From Candidatus Limnocylindrales bacterium (lineage in GTDB: Bacteria > Moduliflexota > Moduliflexia > Moduliflexales > JAUQPW01): 64,000 nt of DNA. The notes under the pieces are model-generated. The model worked only from the letters and a program-made list of their open reading frames with translations. It made no database searches and was not told where the DNA came from. The DNA lies in assembly GCA_035559535.1 (NCBI GenBank), contig DATMBG010000021.1, positions 62,001-126,000 of the forward strand. Reading direction: 5' to 3'. Shown here one piece after another: positions 31,078 through 41,166 of the stretch. The position numbers were made by a program, and so were the translations under genes. Numbering within the stretch: position 1 is the stretch's first letter; each line of letters begins with the position of its first letter.

Positions 31078-31635
31078 ATGATACAGGATGTTTACAAAAA
31101 AGTTGAAGAGACGATGCAGAAAACCCTTAACGTCCTTCAGCGAGAATTTGCTTCAATTCGAACTGGGCGGGCTTCTGTTAGTCTGCTAGATGGTATTACC
31201 GTCGATTATTATGGAACTCCAACGCCCCTAAACCAAGTCGCAACCCTCTCGGCACCTGAAAGTAACCTGATTGTTATTCAACCCTGGGATCCTACCACCA
31301 TCAAGGAAATTGAAAAGGCCATCCTGAGATCCGATTTAGGTCTGACTCCTACCTCCGATGGAAAAGTCATACGTCTGTCCGTTCCCCCTTTAACCGAAGA
31401 ACGACGTAAACAGCTCGTAAAGGTAGTAAAAAAAATAGCCGAGGAATCCCGGGTTGCTATTCGTCAAATCAGGAAAGATGGGAATGACGACTTAAAACGC
31501 CTGGAAAAAAATAAAGAAATCTCGGAAGATGAACTCCATAAAGCTCAAGAACAAATTCAGAAAATTACCGATAAATATATGAAAAAAATAGATGAACTGT
31601 TAGAGAAAAAAGAAGAAGAAATCATGGAGATCTGA
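31078..31635 (+). CDS. frr: Ribosome recycling factor
   Basis: [26 protein letters not shown]. Confidence 0.97.
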   Translation: MIQDVYKKVEETMQKTLNVLQREFASIRTGRASVSLLDGITVDYYGTPTPLNQVATLSAPESNLIVIQPWDPTTIKEIEKAILRSDLGLTPTSDGKVIRLSVPPLTEERRKQLVKVVKKIAEESRVAIRQIRKDGNDDLKRLEKNKEISEDELHKAQEQIQKITDKYMKKIDELLEKKEEEIMEI

Positions 31636-31723
31636 TTTTTGATCGTTGTCCGTTAAGAATAACCTGGCCCAATGGATAACAGGGTAGAAGGGACAACGGA
31701 CAACAGGTAATGACCGGCGAACC

Positions 31724-32530
31724 GTGAGCAACGAACAACAAACCCTTCGTCAAGACCCAGGCCGGGTAGCAGACAACGGATCCCAAGAGCTTCTTTCCCG
31801 AATCGACAAGACTAAATTGCCCCGCCATATAGCGATAATTATGGACGGAAATGGACGCTGGGCAAGGCAACGCCATCTTCCCAGGATAGAGGGGCATCGA
31901 GCCGGAGCTAAAGCCGTCCGAGATACCGTAGAAGCCTGTGCAGAATTAGGAATTGAAGTGTTAACCCTCTATGCTTTCTCGGCAGAAAACTGGAAAAGAC
32001 CGATCTCCGAAGTCATGGCGCTTATGGGCATGCTGGTGGAGTACCTTCAAAAGGAGTTAAAAACCCTCGAGGATAATAATATTCGGTTAATTACCATCGG
32101 TCGAACCCAAGAGTTACCCTTTCCTGCTCAAGAAGCTCTTAAGTTTACAATTAATAAAACCAAAAATAATCAAGGCCTTACTTTAAATCTCGCTTTGAAT
32201 TACGGAGGTCAGATAGAAATTCTGGATGCGGTGTTACGAATCGTTCAAGATATCGAAAATAAAAAATTATCCCCTAAAGATTTAACGGTTTCGGTCTTCA
32301 ACAATTATCTATATACAGCAGGACTTCCGGATCTGGATCTTATGATCAGAACCAGTGGAGAAATGCGGGTGAGTAATTTCCTGTTATGGCAGCTTGCCTA
32401 CGCAGAAATCCATGTAACCCCTGTGCTCTGGCCGGATTTCCGACGCCAACACTTATATGAAGCATTGCTGGATTTTCAAAAAAGAGAGCGCCGATTCGGT
32501 CGGGTTGAAGGAGATAACTATGATGGATAG
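31724..32530 (+). CDS. uppS: Undecaprenyl diphosphate synthase
   Basis: HIAIIMDGNGRWA, YAFSAENWKRP, IRTSGEMRVSNFLLWQ, RERRFG. Confidence 0.95.
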   Translation: MSNEQQTLRQDPGRVADNGSQELLSRIDKTKLPRHIAIIMDGNGRWARQRHLPRIEGHRAGAKAVRDTVEACAELGIEVLTLYAFSAENWKRPISEVMALMGMLVEYLQKELKTLEDNNIRLITIGRTQELPFPAQEALKFTINKTKNNQGLTLNLALNYGGQIEILDAVLRIVQDIENKKLSPKDLTVSVFNNYLYTAGLPDLDLMIRTSGEMRVSNFLLWQLAYAEIHVTPVLWPDFRRQHLYEALLDFQKRERRFGRVEGDNYDG

Positions 32531-32903
32531 CCTAGTTTTAAAACCATTTTATAATTCTCGAGGCGATGCCAGACTTAATTTCATTCTTGCTATCATTATA
32601 GTTGCCGTTATTATTTATATCATTAAACAAGTAGCTCCGGTTTGGATCGATTATTACGGCCTTAAAGATTATGTAACCGAACAGGCCCAATACGGTTCCT
32701 GCCGGGATGTGGACAGTATTAAAGAGAATATTGTAAAGAAAATAAAAGAATATCCCAATACGGTCGTTAAAGAAGATCAAGTGAAAGTGTCCTGCGATGG
32801 AGGAATTATGAAGGTCCAGGCTTCCTATCGAAGAAGATTAGAATTACCCGGCTACTCAAGAAATCTGGCCTTTGATATCGATACCGGAGTGCGGAAATTC
32901 TAA
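32520..32903 (+). CDS. Small pilin-like membrane protein (DUF4845-like)
   Basis: SRG followed by one hydrophobic helix, then VAPVWIDYYGLKD; GAAGGAG RBS before ATG 32520, overlapping the end of uppS. Confidence 0.6.
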   Translation: MMDSLVLKPFYNSRGDARLNFILAIIIVAVIIYIIKQVAPVWIDYYGLKDYVTEQAQYGSCRDVDSIKENIVKKIKEYPNTVVKEDQVKVSCDGGIMKVQASYRRRLELPGYSRNLAFDIDTGVRKF

Positions 32904-32904
32904 T

Positions 32905-32940
32905 AAGATAGGGGCGGGTTTGAAACCCTACCCCTATCTT
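32905..32940. repeat. GTAG-type REP-like hairpin / possible terminator
   Basis: AAGATAGGGGCGGGTTTGAAACCCTACCCCTATCTT; similar hairpins at 13874-13901 and 17901-17934. Confidence 0.55.
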
Positions 32941-32954
32941 ATCTTTAAACCTGT

Positions 32955-34091
32955 GTGAGAATTGGCCTCGATGCTCGATTAGCCTTTTACGATAGGACCG
33001 GAATCGGTCAATATACCCGCGCCCTCCTGACCTATCTACCCACGGTAAGCACCGATCAAGATCTTTACTTTCTTTTCTGTGATCGGCAACCCTTCGTAAA
33101 CCCCTGGTCAGATCCCCGATTGAATATTGTTCCCATTCCTCGAAAACAAAGGATTCTTTGGACAAATTTCTCCCTTCCACCTTTCTTGAAAGCCAAACAG
33201 ATCGACCTTTACCATGGCGTCTGCAATTTTGAACTACCTGTACGTAAAGTCTGTCCTTACGTGGTAACAATCCATGACCTGATCCCTTTATTTTTCCCCA
33301 AACTGGTTCCTAAAAAACATCTTCTATTATTTCACATCTTGATGAGATGGGTTGCCCGGATAGCCGATAAAATTATCACCGATTCTAATTCCTCTAAAAA
33401 AGACATCCTGGACCGATTGGGAGTTCCTGAGGAGAAAATACAGGTCATTTACCTGGCTCATCATCCCGTTTATCGCCCTATCCCAGACCGGAATAAGATA
33501 GAATCCATACTGGCAAAGTATCGTTTAAACGGTAAATATCTGCTTTTTACCGGGGTCTTAGAGCCAAAGAAAAACCTTCTTCGGCTTATCGAAGCCTTCT
33601 ATCTCCTTAAAACCCAGATAAACCCCCATAAAGACCTTAAATTGGTTCTTGTGGGTGGAACGGGATGGGGGTATACCGGAGCCGGTGAAAATCTTCCCAG
33701 GCTTATTGAACAGAGGGAATTGAAGGAAGAAGTCATCTTTACAGGCTATGTACCCGACGAAGATCTTCCCTATCTTTACAATGGAGCCGAACTTTTTGTC
33801 TTTCCTTCTCTTTACGAAGGATTTGGTCTTCCGGTTTTAGAAGCTATGGCCTGCGGTACTCCCGTGGTCACCTCAAAGGTCTCTTCCTTACCTGAAATCG
33901 TAGGTGAAGCCGGTAAGTTGATTAATCCTTATGATCCTCGAAGCATTGCAGAAGGGATTTCAGAGGTTTTGACCAACCAGACCCTTCGACAATCCATGAT
34001 CGAAAAGGGATTGCAACGGGCCCATCTTTTCTCCTGGCAGCGGACTGCTGCAGAAACCCTGGCCGTATATCGATCCGTAACTAAAGGTTAG
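32955..34091 (+). CDS. Glycosyltransferase family 4 (GT-B)
   Basis: [44 protein letters not shown]. Confidence 0.93.
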   Translation: MRIGLDARLAFYDRTGIGQYTRALLTYLPTVSTDQDLYFLFCDRQPFVNPWSDPRLNIVPIPRKQRILWTNFSLPPFLKAKQIDLYHGVCNFELPVRKVCPYVVTIHDLIPLFFPKLVPKKHLLLFHILMRWVARIADKIITDSNSSKKDILDRLGVPEEKIQVIYLAHHPVYRPIPDRNKIESILAKYRLNGKYLLFTGVLEPKKNLLRLIEAFYLLKTQINPHKDLKLVLVGGTGWGYTGAGENLPRLIEQRELKEEVIFTGYVPDEDLPYLYNGAELFVFPSLYEGFGLPVLEAMACGTPVVTSKVSSLPEIVGEAGKLINPYDPRSIAEGISEVLTNQTLRQSMIEKGLQRAHLFSWQRTAAETLAVYRSVTKG

Positions 34092-34115
34092 ACAAGAGGA
34101 AAAGGGAAACCGGTC

Positions 34116-35279
34116 ATGCGCATTGCTATTGATATTCGCTGGCTAAGGAAAGAGATGGACGGAATCGGTCGATACGTAAGTAACCTGGTAACCCACCTGG
34201 TAGAATTAGATACCCGTAATACTTATTTTCTCATCACACATCCTAACAGCTTCCCATCTTCCTATTCCTTTCCCACGTCCCCGCGTCTCTACATCTCCGC
34301 ATCCCCATATCCTTTCCTCTCCCCTCGAGATTTCTTTTGCCTTCCTGGGTTTTTGAACCGACTGGAGATAGATTTATTCCATGCACCGAATTACCTGACT
34401 TCCCCTCTATCTGGACGTTATGCTCAAATTGTTACCGTCCACGATCTTATTCCTTATCTTTATCCTGAAACCCTCTGGAAAGCCAGCTTGAGATGGAAGT
34501 TCTATTACAGAAGTAAGTATCCTGCTTATCTTGTCTTACACAAAGCAGATCAGATCATAGCCGATTCCCTGCATACGAAAAAAGATATTGTGAAGCTATT
34601 TGGAATTCCACCCGAAAAAATCAGAGTGATCTGGCCGGGTATTGAAACAAGATTTTATACAGCAGAAAAACCTTCAAAGGCGTTTCTACAGAAATATAAC
34701 CTTCGAGAAGATTTTCTCTTGTACTTAGGACGACAAGATCCTTATAAGGGGTTGGAGTTTTTAATCCGGGCTTATTATCAGCTGGATCCTGGGTTACGAA
34801 ACCAATACCCCCTGATCATTGCCGGTAAGAAGGACTCTCGATACTTAAAATCCGTGGAGCACCTGATCGAGGATCTGGCCTTGAAAGAACAGGTTCAATT
34901 TTTAGGTTACGTACCGGACCCGGATCTTCCTTCCCTATATAAGGCCGCAACCCTTTTTGTATATCCTTCCCTTTATGAAGGGTTTGGGTTCCCACCTCTC
35001 GAAGCCATGGCCTGTGGAACCCCGGTGATTTATGGCCGGGGATCTTCTCTGGAAGAAGTTATCGGTGACAAGGGAGGGTCGTTCACCCCTCATCATCTTC
35101 CAGAGTTGACTCAAGCCATTCAAATGCTTCTCCAAAACAGACAACTCCGGGAGGAGATGTCTCAAAGAGGACGTGAACAGGTCCTTTCCTTAACCTGGCG
35201 GAAAACGGCCGAGGCCGTTCTGGAAGTGTATCAGGCGGTAGGCCATCGAAAAACAGGTCAGGGAGGGATCCAAAGATAA
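34116..35279 (+). CDS. Glycosyltransferase family 4 (GT-B)
   Basis: [35 protein letters not shown]. Confidence 0.93.
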   Translation: MRIAIDIRWLRKEMDGIGRYVSNLVTHLVELDTRNTYFLITHPNSFPSSYSFPTSPRLYISASPYPFLSPRDFFCLPGFLNRLEIDLFHAPNYLTSPLSGRYAQIVTVHDLIPYLYPETLWKASLRWKFYYRSKYPAYLVLHKADQIIADSLHTKKDIVKLFGIPPEKIRVIWPGIETRFYTAEKPSKAFLQKYNLREDFLLYLGRQDPYKGLEFLIRAYYQLDPGLRNQYPLIIAGKKDSRYLKSVEHLIEDLALKEQVQFLGYVPDPDLPSLYKAATLFVYPSLYEGFGFPPLEAMACGTPVIYGRGSSLEEVIGDKGGSFTPHHLPELTQAIQMLLQNRQLREEMSQRGREQVLSLTWRKTAEAVLEVYQAVGHRKTGQGGIQR

Positions 35280-35284
35280 AAACT

Positions 35285-35608
35285 ATGAAGTGGAAAGATA
35301 TCCTTATGGTAGTTCTAACTTTTATTAACCTCACCATCGCCTGTTATATTCATTTACAGAGTGGGGTAGCAGGAGCAGAACGAAAGCCTCTCAGTCTTCA
35401 AGAACAGGTCCAGGATATGGAAAAACGCCTGGAAACCATCGAAGAGGAGCTAAAATACAAGGGAAATCAGAAAATATCCCGGATCGATTACCTGGAGGAG
35501 GAGTTGAACAAGCTCAAGGGCCAGGTAGATTTGTTAAGGGCCAGACTGGATCTTTTTACAACCAAAACCCGTATTTTGGAGAATCAGGTAGATCGCCTGA
35601 GAAGATAA
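35285..35608 (+). CDS. Small membrane-anchored coiled-coil hypothetical protein
   Basis: N-terminal hydrophobic helix then heptad-rich E/K/L sequence. Confidence 0.65.
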   Translation: MKWKDILMVVLTFINLTIACYIHLQSGVAGAERKPLSLQEQVQDMEKRLETIEEELKYKGNQKISRIDYLEEELNKLKGQVDLLRARLDLFTTKTRILENQVDRLRR

Positions 35609-35761
35609 CCGGTTCCCAGGCAACCTCATCGGCCTGAATCAGGTTTTACTCCGATAAAATTCAAGGCTATCCTGGCAAGGACACTCCTATCGGATCCCTC
35701 TCAACCTGAAACGGTGAGAGATCTCCACAGGGATCCGGTCTTCCAGGAAGGTTTGGGGATT

Positions 35762-36811
35762 TTAACGGAGATAATCTGCCGCAAAGGACCAGAAGTCTTC
35801 CACAAAATAATGGGACATAACGTTACCGAACAAATAACAGACTCCCTGACAATGGGGGATATCTCCATAGAGCTTTCGACCTCGCTCAAAAATTTTCTTA
35901 AAAGATCCTTCCCGGAACAAATTCCCACCAATGGTCTTTAAAGGCTCACAAGGATAAAACACATCTCCATTGGGATAAACCCGGGGGAACATGGTGGGAT
36001 AACAATGAAACGGGGTGAAATCAAACAGGGTTCGAAGAAGTTTGGGAGTTCCATTAATAGCCTGTCCTGCTTTCCTCCGCTCGATAATAAGATCGACCAG
36101 CTTCTGGTATTTGGGATTTTGGAGAAGTTCTCGACGGGGATAACGATGGATTAAGCCGGTCTGGGCCGAGAAGACGAAGTTATGCTCCTGGCAAAAATCC
36201 AGAATCTTGGCGATCTCATCCAGGTTTTCTTCGGTAATAACGGTACTGATGGTAATCCGGGATCGTGCAGGTTTACCAACGGATTTACAATACAGAAGAT
36301 TATCCAGGACTTTCTCGACTACGTAAGGTTTGGTTCTCGGTTTGCCTTTGTCTACCGTGATGGCATCCAGACTCACCACCATACTGGTTAGATAATCTAG
36401 GATTTCCTCTCTTTCACGAATATGAGTTCCATTGGTAATCAGCATAACCGACCGAAATTTCAAATCCTTACGGGCCGCTTTCGCCAGTTGAACAATATCC
36501 CGTCGTAACAGGGGTTCCCCTCCGGTTAATAAGATATAATCTGTTTCTTTTCGAATAAGCCTGAGAAGATCAATGGTACGATGGGTATCCAATTCTTCGC
36601 TGATAACATCGGGTGTTTTTTGAGTACAGTAGGAACAATTCAGATTACAATGATGGGAAACGTAGAGAACGGCCGAATAAGGAGGGACTATTCGACTCCC
36701 TTTGATTTTAAGTGTATACCAGTTTCGAATATGCTGCTGGATATTTTTTAAGACGAAGGGATAATTCCGTTTAAGGAGAGCTATTAAATGTTTCCGGGTT
36801 TGAGCATCCAT
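35762..36811 (-). CDS. Radical SAM protein with C-terminal Cys-rich (twitch/SPASM-like) region
   Basis: CNLNCSYC, LTGGEPLL, ITNG, VSLD; CYP..YPCE..CQGVC. Confidence 0.88.
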   Translation of the reverse strand: MDAQTRKHLIALLKRNYPFVLKNIQQHIRNWYTLKIKGSRIVPPYSAVLYVSHHCNLNCSYCTQKTPDVISEELDTHRTIDLLRLIRKETDYILLTGGEPLLRRDIVQLAKAARKDLKFRSVMLITNGTHIREREEILDYLTSMVVSLDAITVDKGKPRTKPYVVEKVLDNLLYCKSVGKPARSRITISTVITEENLDEIAKILDFCQEHNFVFSAQTGLIHRYPRRELLQNPKYQKLVDLIIERRKAGQAINGTPKLLRTLFDFTPFHCYPTMFPRVYPNGDVFYPCEPLKTIGGNLFREGSFKKIFERGRKLYGDIPHCQGVCYLFGNVMSHYFVEDFWSFAADYLR

Positions 36812-36925
36812 AGTTTAATTAACATGCCAGGGCGTTTGCCCTGGGATTTAGCAAAACGCCCTTTCGGGTTAAGACAAATAAAAAGATACTTCTTAAGCGT
36901 AAGTCGTTGAGGATTTAAGTTCCAG

Positions 36926-37507
36926 TTAACTCCTTGGTCGGACCCAGGTCTCACACCAGGCTAAACAGGCACTGCTACTTAGCTGATCGCCTCTTTTCTC
37001 TGACCAGGGTTTTCCGGTTGCGAACTTCCCGTTAACTATCAAATCTGCCGAAGTAGCCGGAAAGAAGGTCGTTTGAACGCCAAGGGGACGGTTATTCCAA
37101 CCCGGCTCGGCAGAGAAGTTGAAGGGAGTGATGAAGTCGTACCATACCAGTCGGATGGAATCCACTGAAGATTCAATCTGCTCCGCAGCATAAGAGCGAG
37201 GATCCCCTTCCCGGGTAAATATGGCATCGATGACGGGAATATGGATATCTCCGAACGGCTTATGAAGCAGATATTCGATCTGACGCTGAAGGTATCGCGC
37301 CAGTGCTACGTTATCGCTATAGATCTTGATTCCATCGGTCAGCTCACTTTCAATAAACAAGGCATGTCCTGGTCCGACAGGCGACCAGAAAACCCGCCAA
37401 TGGCTGGTCCGATGGGCCATAGTTTTACCTTCATCCACACTGAGCCGCAGAAAAGAATTCTCTCCGGCTACGATCAGTTCGTGGGGATTTACTCTCATAG
37501 TGGTCAT
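36926..37507 (-). CDS. Hypothetical protein
   Basis: ATG 37507 with AAGGAGGT RBS; the longer track ORF simply reads through the upstream octamer repeat. Confidence 0.75.
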   Translation of the reverse strand: MTTMRVNPHELIVAGENSFLRLSVDEGKTMAHRTSHWRVFWSPVGPGHALFIESELTDGIKIYSDNVALARYLQRQIEYLLHKPFGDIHIPVIDAIFTREGDPRSYAAEQIESSVDSIRLVWYDFITPFNFSAEPGWNNRPLGVQTTFFPATSADLIVNGKFATGKPWSEKRGDQLSSSACLAWCETWVRPRS

Positions 37508-37526
37508 TTTTACCTGTACCTCCTTA

Positions 37527-37679
37527 TCTGAGACACGGGGTTTTGGGACGCGGAGACAGAAGTCCCCGTATTGCTGGGTCCCCTTGTCTCCCCGTTCCAG
37601 AGTTCCTATGTCCCCCAAAACCCCGCGTCTCCCTGTCCCCCTGCCTCCGCGTCCCAAAACCCCGTGTCTCAAACAGGGT
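37527..37679. mobile_element. MITE-like element with perfect 27-bp terminal inverted repeats built from octamers
   Basis: TGAGACACGGGGTTTTGGGACGCGGAG (37529-37555) is the exact reverse complement of 37645-37671. Confidence 0.6.
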
Positions 37680-37817
37680 TCTCCGTAGATGAGTATTTAA
37701 AAACTGCAAATTTAGTGTAGGATCTTCAGACCGTGTCACTCCATATGTCTTAAGTACCTCTACCAGAGTAAAGGATGGATTCGTCCCTGTCCAGTTAAAA
37801 ATTCACTTAAAACTGAG

Positions 37818-37845
37818 TTGAAAACAGCTGGTTTTATCCTATGAT
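37818..37845 (+). promoter_or_regulatory. Putative sigma70 promoter
   Basis: TTGAAA-16-TATGAT upstream of GGAGG RBS and ATG 37872. Confidence 0.5.
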
Positions 37846-37871
37846 TAGGATAGGGGAGGATGAATCTTTAA

Positions 37872-39011
37872 ATGCGTATAGGAATTGATGCCAGAAAATT
37901 AGATGACTTTGGGATCGGTACGTATATTCGGAACTTGGTCCATCACCTTGCCAAGAAAGATACCCGCAATACCTATATTCTCTTTTGTCCCCCCCACCAT
38001 GAACCCTTTGAACTACCGGGACGAAACTTTTCTAAAGTCATAGAAGATGCAGGTAAGTATTCCCTCAAAGAGCTGGTTCGACTTCCTTTCCAGATGAAGT
38101 ATCATAAGCTTGATCTGTTCCATGCTCCGCATTATACTCTTCCCCCTCTGAGGCCGTGTAAGGCCGTTGTAACCATCCATGATGTGATCCATCTTCGATT
38201 TCCTCAATACCTGCCTTCTGTGGGAGCCTATTATTATGCTAAGGGGATGATGTTTTTGGCTGCCCGTTCGGCCAGCAAGATCATTACCGTTTCCCAGTTT
38301 TGCAAAAAAGATATTGTGGAAATATTAAAAGTTCCGGAGACTAAAGTCGAGGTCATCTATAACGGGGTTGCAGAGGTCTACAGGTGGAGTACTTCCTCTG
38401 ATTTTAACTCTATAGAAAACAAGGTTAAGACCCGAGAATTCCTGAACAGGTTTGGAATCACAGGCCCTTATCTTCTGTATGTGGGAAATTTCATGGCCCA
38501 TAAGAATTTAAAAACTTTAATGGAAGCCTATAGACTTTTAAAGGATCAATCAGGTTTTCACCATCAATTGGTCCTTGTAGGAGACAACAGGAAAGGTAGA
38601 CCGGAGTTAGAAAACTTTATTACTACCCGACAATGGCAAAATGAAGTCATTTTGACAGGATTTGTTCCCTGGGAGTGGTTACCGATTTTTTATAGAAGCG
38701 CCGATCTTTTTGTTTTTCCTTCTTTATACGAAGGTTTTGGCCTTCCGGTGCTGGAGGCTATGGCTTGTGGAGTACCCGTAGTTGCTTCGAATCGATCATC
38801 TCTTCCCGAGATCATAGGAGAGGCCGGAGTCCTTGTAAATCCAGAATCCCCACAAGAGATAGCCCAAGCTATCTGGCGAGTTCTTTCCGATTCAGGTCTT
38901 CGCACCCGATTAATTCGCGGGGGGTTAGACCAGGCCCGGCGATTCTCCTGGGAAGAGACCGCCCGAAAGACACTGGCGGTTTATCAAAGTGTTTTAACTC
39001 CAGGAGGTTAA
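37872..39011 (+). CDS. Glycosyltransferase family 4 (GT-B)
   Basis: [42 protein letters not shown]. Confidence 0.93.
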   Translation: MRIGIDARKLDDFGIGTYIRNLVHHLAKKDTRNTYILFCPPHHEPFELPGRNFSKVIEDAGKYSLKELVRLPFQMKYHKLDLFHAPHYTLPPLRPCKAVVTIHDVIHLRFPQYLPSVGAYYYAKGMMFLAARSASKIITVSQFCKKDIVEILKVPETKVEVIYNGVAEVYRWSTSSDFNSIENKVKTREFLNRFGITGPYLLYVGNFMAHKNLKTLMEAYRLLKDQSGFHHQLVLVGDNRKGRPELENFITTRQWQNEVILTGFVPWEWLPIFYRSADLFVFPSLYEGFGLPVLEAMACGVPVVASNRSSLPEIIGEAGVLVNPESPQEIAQAIWRVLSDSGLRTRLIRGGLDQARRFSWEETARKTLAVYQSVLTPGG

Positions 39012-39164
39012 TTTTTTAACCCCTCAAGGAGAAAAGATCCAAAAAAAGGCTTAAATTTTAACATTTGTTCTGATGATTAGAAAAAACTTGACGTATAATT
39101 AAGGTATAGGATATAGATTTTACCGTGACTTAAAACCTAAAATCGAGAGCTTAACGTTAATACC

Positions 39165-41075
39165 ATGTTTTTCCGACGAAAAAAGCAGGACTTAACTAAA
39201 GAGAAGATTTATAAACTGAGTAGTCGAGAACTGGATCGGAGTGTCTATGAAATTGGGCTATCCCTATGGGAAAAGGCTATTCGAGAGAGATTGGAAGATA
39301 CAAAAGAAGTTGTTGCGGTTGAGAAAAAAGGAGACGCCACCCGGGACATGGTTTATTATCGTCTGGCAAATGAAATCGATATTTTTTTAGGAGTTGAACT
39401 GAACAAAAGGATTCGTAAAACGACCAAGACGGTTCAGGACGTTTCACGGGCTATTAATCAAAAATATCAGGAACTTGTGGAAAATCATGCAGAATATGAA
39501 AAATCTGAGCATGAAGAGGGAATCATTGTTAATTTAATTCCTTCTTTTAAACTTAAGGGAAATCAGTTTACCTTTAGACTGAAGGAGCGGGTGCCGAAAG
39601 ATGCCCGCATCATGGCCCGGCTGGTCGAAGTAGGGCCGGAAAGTCGGGGGATAGAGCTGGAGCTATTAAGCCATCAACGCGAGTTTATTGTAGGGGGAAA
39701 TCCTCTTCTGGTAGATTATTATGCTTCAGATCTGGCCGATGAGCATTTTGGGATCTCGGTTCAGGGTTCCAATTTCTATCTTTATCACCTCTCAAAAGAA
39801 AAAGATTCTTTTACCGATCTTATCCAAAATGAGAATACCAAGCTTTCCATAACCTCTCAGTACCAGTTGCTTAATCATAAAGATTATATCATTGCCGGTT
39901 TTCAAAATCAGGTACGGCGTTTCCAATTTTTCCTGGTGGACTCCGATATTAGAACCGAAGACCAGCCTTCTTCTCGATATCGCTTGGTCGAAACAGGTTA
40001 TTATATTTTACGCAGCCTGGATCCAACTCAAAATACTTATCGATATCCCACTGTATTTTTTTCTGAAACGGACGGGAGCATGAAAGGCCTGAGGGATGTT
40101 CAGCAGATTCCTCTGCCAGGCATGAAAAACGTAGGAACCCCTGCAAAGATTATCTATAAAGAGGGGGAATTTTACTTTCAGAAATTAAGTAGCATTGTTC
40201 CCGTCACGGTAAAACTAAACGGACAGGAAATTCCCGAGGGGGCTGAGCGGAAGCTGTCCGGTATCAAAGATAAACTGGAAATCGGGTATGTTCAGTTCTT
40301 CTTTGAAAAACTCGAAAAACGATCCGATACTCCCCTGGCCATGTTGGAAATCACGGTGGCAGACATGGAAAAGGTCCGACATTTTCCTCTTTATGGAAAA
40401 CCGATCATTATCTCTGGAGAGGCTAAAAGACCCGGGCATGAGGAGTATCTTTTTTTAAATGAGAGTTCGATTCCCCATAATGCCATGCGAATCAGTTTTA
40501 AACATGGAGTTTTATTCGTAGAGAAGGGTAAAACAGCTCCCCCCTTGCTGATCAATGGAAGCGAAGTCAAAGGTAAACAGGCTATATCTTCCGGGGATGT
40601 TCTCACCATGGGAAAGGTGAGTATCAAAGTAGCCAGGCGGGATTTACCTCCTGCTTTCTGTGCCAAACTAACTTTAACCGCAGAATCCCGACGTCCCGTT
40701 CATGTCCTTGCAGAATTGAGTAAAGGAAAAACTTATATTTTGGGACGAGAAGCTCCGGATTCTTCCTCCTCCAGTTTGGTGGGTGGGGAAGAACAGAAGA
40801 GGGTATTTATTAAAATCTCCGACGATCTCCACGTTTCGGCCAGTCACGCCCGATTATCTCTTACAGGAGAAAGAATGGTTACCCTTCAAAATATCAGTGA
40901 AAGTAACTCTATTTTTATTATATCTGCCAATGGGACCCTCCGTGCGGACTTACCTCAAAAAAGCTTTGCTTCTGAAGTCCTGATGAGGTGGGATCGAATT
41001 ATTATCGGACCTGTAGAACTCGAATACCGTGGACCGGGCTCGTCCATGGTTATCTCGGATAGTTATGAAATATAA
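39165..41075 (+). CDS. Multi-FHA-domain protein with ACP-like N-terminal segment
   Basis: C-terminal canonical FHA (YILGR...VSASHARL...SESN...DRIIIG) plus three degenerate FHA-like units. Confidence 0.7.
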   Translation: MFFRRKKQDLTKEKIYKLSSRELDRSVYEIGLSLWEKAIRERLEDTKEVVAVEKKGDATRDMVYYRLANEIDIFLGVELNKRIRKTTKTVQDVSRAINQKYQELVENHAEYEKSEHEEGIIVNLIPSFKLKGNQFTFRLKERVPKDARIMARLVEVGPESRGIELELLSHQREFIVGGNPLLVDYYASDLADEHFGISVQGSNFYLYHLSKEKDSFTDLIQNENTKLSITSQYQLLNHKDYIIAGFQNQVRRFQFFLVDSDIRTEDQPSSRYRLVETGYYILRSLDPTQNTYRYPTVFFSETDGSMKGLRDVQQIPLPGMKNVGTPAKIIYKEGEFYFQKLSSIVPVTVKLNGQEIPEGAERKLSGIKDKLEIGYVQFFFEKLEKRSDTPLAMLEITVADMEKVRHFPLYGKPIIISGEAKRPGHEEYLFLNESSIPHNAMRISFKHGVLFVEKGKTAPPLLINGSEVKGKQAISSGDVLTMGKVSIKVARRDLPPAFCAKLTLTAESRRPVHVLAELSKGKTYILGREAPDSSSSSLVGGEEQKRVFIKISDDLHVSASHARLSLTGERMVTLQNISESNSIFIISANGTLRADLPQKSFASEVLMRWDRIIIGPVELEYRGPGSSMVISDSYEI

Positions 41076-41166
41076 GAATCGCTGGGTAATGGGCAGTGGG
41101 TGATGGGCAGTAACTCCAATATGTTGTTCACTGCCGACTGTTCACTGTCCATTGCTATAAAATATA

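Noticed and set aside
37508-37739. N-terminal extension of the 248-aa ORF and overlapping small ORFs
   Set aside because: Gly/Arg-rich read-through of the octamer repeat; a strong RBS supports ATG 37507
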